Of a stretch of 64,000 nucleotides of DNA, positions 62,565 through 64,000 are shown in pieces. This DNA is from Adineta vaga (taxonomy: Eukaryota > Animalia > Rotifera). A program made the position numbers and the translations under genes. The notes beneath the pieces are model-generated. The model ran no database searches, was not told the DNA's origin, and saw nothing but the letters and a program-made list of their open reading frames with translations. The stretch spans positions 14,260,001-14,324,000 of the forward strand of contig CP075494.1 of assembly GCA_021613535.1 (NCBI GenBank), in the 5' to 3' direction. Numbering within the stretch: the stretch's first letter is position 1; each line of letters opens with the position of its first letter.

Positions 62565-64000
62565 TTAGCGAACCACACGTTTAGCTGATGAGGTTGATGA
62601 TGAACTAGCCGTTGATGAACCACGTGATGATGCTCTTTGTTGTCGTGGTCCAGTTCCACTTGGTGGTCTTGATCCATCTAAATTTGTACGAGAAACATAA
62701 AAAGAAAAGAAGAGAATTGTTAATTATTTACCTAAACCAAGTTGTACTGAGCTAACAGGAATTGGCTGTCGTGTTGTTGATGAACGTGATTGTTGAGAGA
62801 TCGAACTACGTGTTGAACTTGAACGTACACTTGAAGGAGTACTTGCGATACTTGATAAATTATCCAAATGAGACTAAAAATTCTCACATATGAAATAATA
62901 AATATACAGAAAAGAATAATCTACTTGTTCTTTCAACATATTATAACAATGTTTAGCATCGGGATCACCTGAAACAGTTTGATCAATAATTGCATCAAGT
63001 TTTTTATTAAATTCTTTCAAAAGACGATATTCAAAATCGCTCTCTTCAATCAATGGTTCTGCTTGACGACGTGCAGTTCGAACAGCTCTTTTATTCGTCG
63101 CAGTCTAAAACACAGATTTTTTAAAATCTAGTTTTTCAATTTCATTCACATTGAAAAAGACAATTGACATACACTCTTGTCCGCACGAGCTAGTTTTTCA
63201 TCCATTTCTTTCAAATCATTTTCTAATTTTTTCATTTGTGCTTGTTTATCACCATTAACATCAAAACTTGTACTTTGAACAGTACTTAAATCTCGAAGTG
63301 CACGTTCCGTATGCTAAAAAAATCGAAGAATTAAAGAAAAAGAGAAAAGCTTTGCTAAAAATTTTTACTTTCAAATCATTGATAATATTTTCCACTTGTT
63401 TTCGTTTTGCTCGAACTCGATCTGTTAAATGCCGTGATTGTTCTTCTAATTCTTCCATTCGAGCCATTTCATCACCTAAATTATCAATCAATGATATGAA
63501 TAATAATCTCATTCTTCATGGAAATCTTTACTTGATTCAGGTAGTTTTTTGTACGATTGTTTTGTTTGACCGTTTCCACTATTGATAACACGTAATGTAT
63601 TTTGTAATGCTAATAATTCTTGTTCTGCTTTACGATTCTTCGCATCTAATTCATCACCAGCCCGTTGTAATTCTTCTTTTTCTTGTGCAGCCTAAAAACA
63701 TATGCATAGAATTTCTTTTGTTTTCGTATGTATTTCATTACTTTAATGACATAATATGTTTGGGATGTTTCTTCTTCATTTGCACCTTCAGGTGGTGCCA
63801 TCGAAATGTTGACAATTTCATATCTATAGACAAAAATATACGAATTTGTTTGTTTTTGAAAATACAAAACAAATTAAATCGGCAACCTTTTTTTTAATTT
63901 TTCAATTTTAGAAATTCGATCATGTAATTGTGCTGATACTTCAGCTTTTCGTCCATCTTCATCACGTAATTGTTGACGAAGTGTTGTTTGATGTATTGCA
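62565..64000 (-). CDS. CCDC39: Coiled-coil domain-containing protein 39 (motile-cilia axonemal ruler), 3' portion; runs off the window
   Basis: [14 protein letters not shown]...SQTYYVIK|[37 protein letters not shown] matches the CCDC39 signature. Ser-rich tail ends AKRVVR*. Confidence 0.92.

Overview
Eukaryotic, very AT-rich (roughly 70% AT by eye), gene-dense animal DNA with many short (about 50-65 nt) GT-AG introns. These traits and the gene content suggest a bdelloid rotifer (inference, not verified). About 18 protein-coding genes can be built by hand-splicing. On the plus strand: a 3-exon orphan, Neurexin-IV/Caspr, pecanex, a class A GPCR, a divergent novel-PKC-like kinase, a RING-bearing Brat (TRIM-NHL) and a Shisa-like protein. 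On the minus strand: a tiny Pmp3/RCI2 proteolipid missed by the ORF track, Elongin C, a divergent PKD-like kinase, a PCGF/Bmi1-like RING protein, an XK-related membrane protein, an SH3 protein, an S/P-rich orphan, a coiled-coil protein, mitochondrial ALDH, a stand-alone C2 protein and the 3' part of CCDC39. No tRNA, rRNA, CRISPR array or intact transposon was seen, and I do not see a clear new multi-gene system. The best leads are two small intron-containing membrane-stress genes that look non-animal in origin (fungal-like solo C2, Pmp3), motif-altered signalling and Polycomb paralogs, hidden alternative first exons, and an operon-like NrxIV-pecanex junction.
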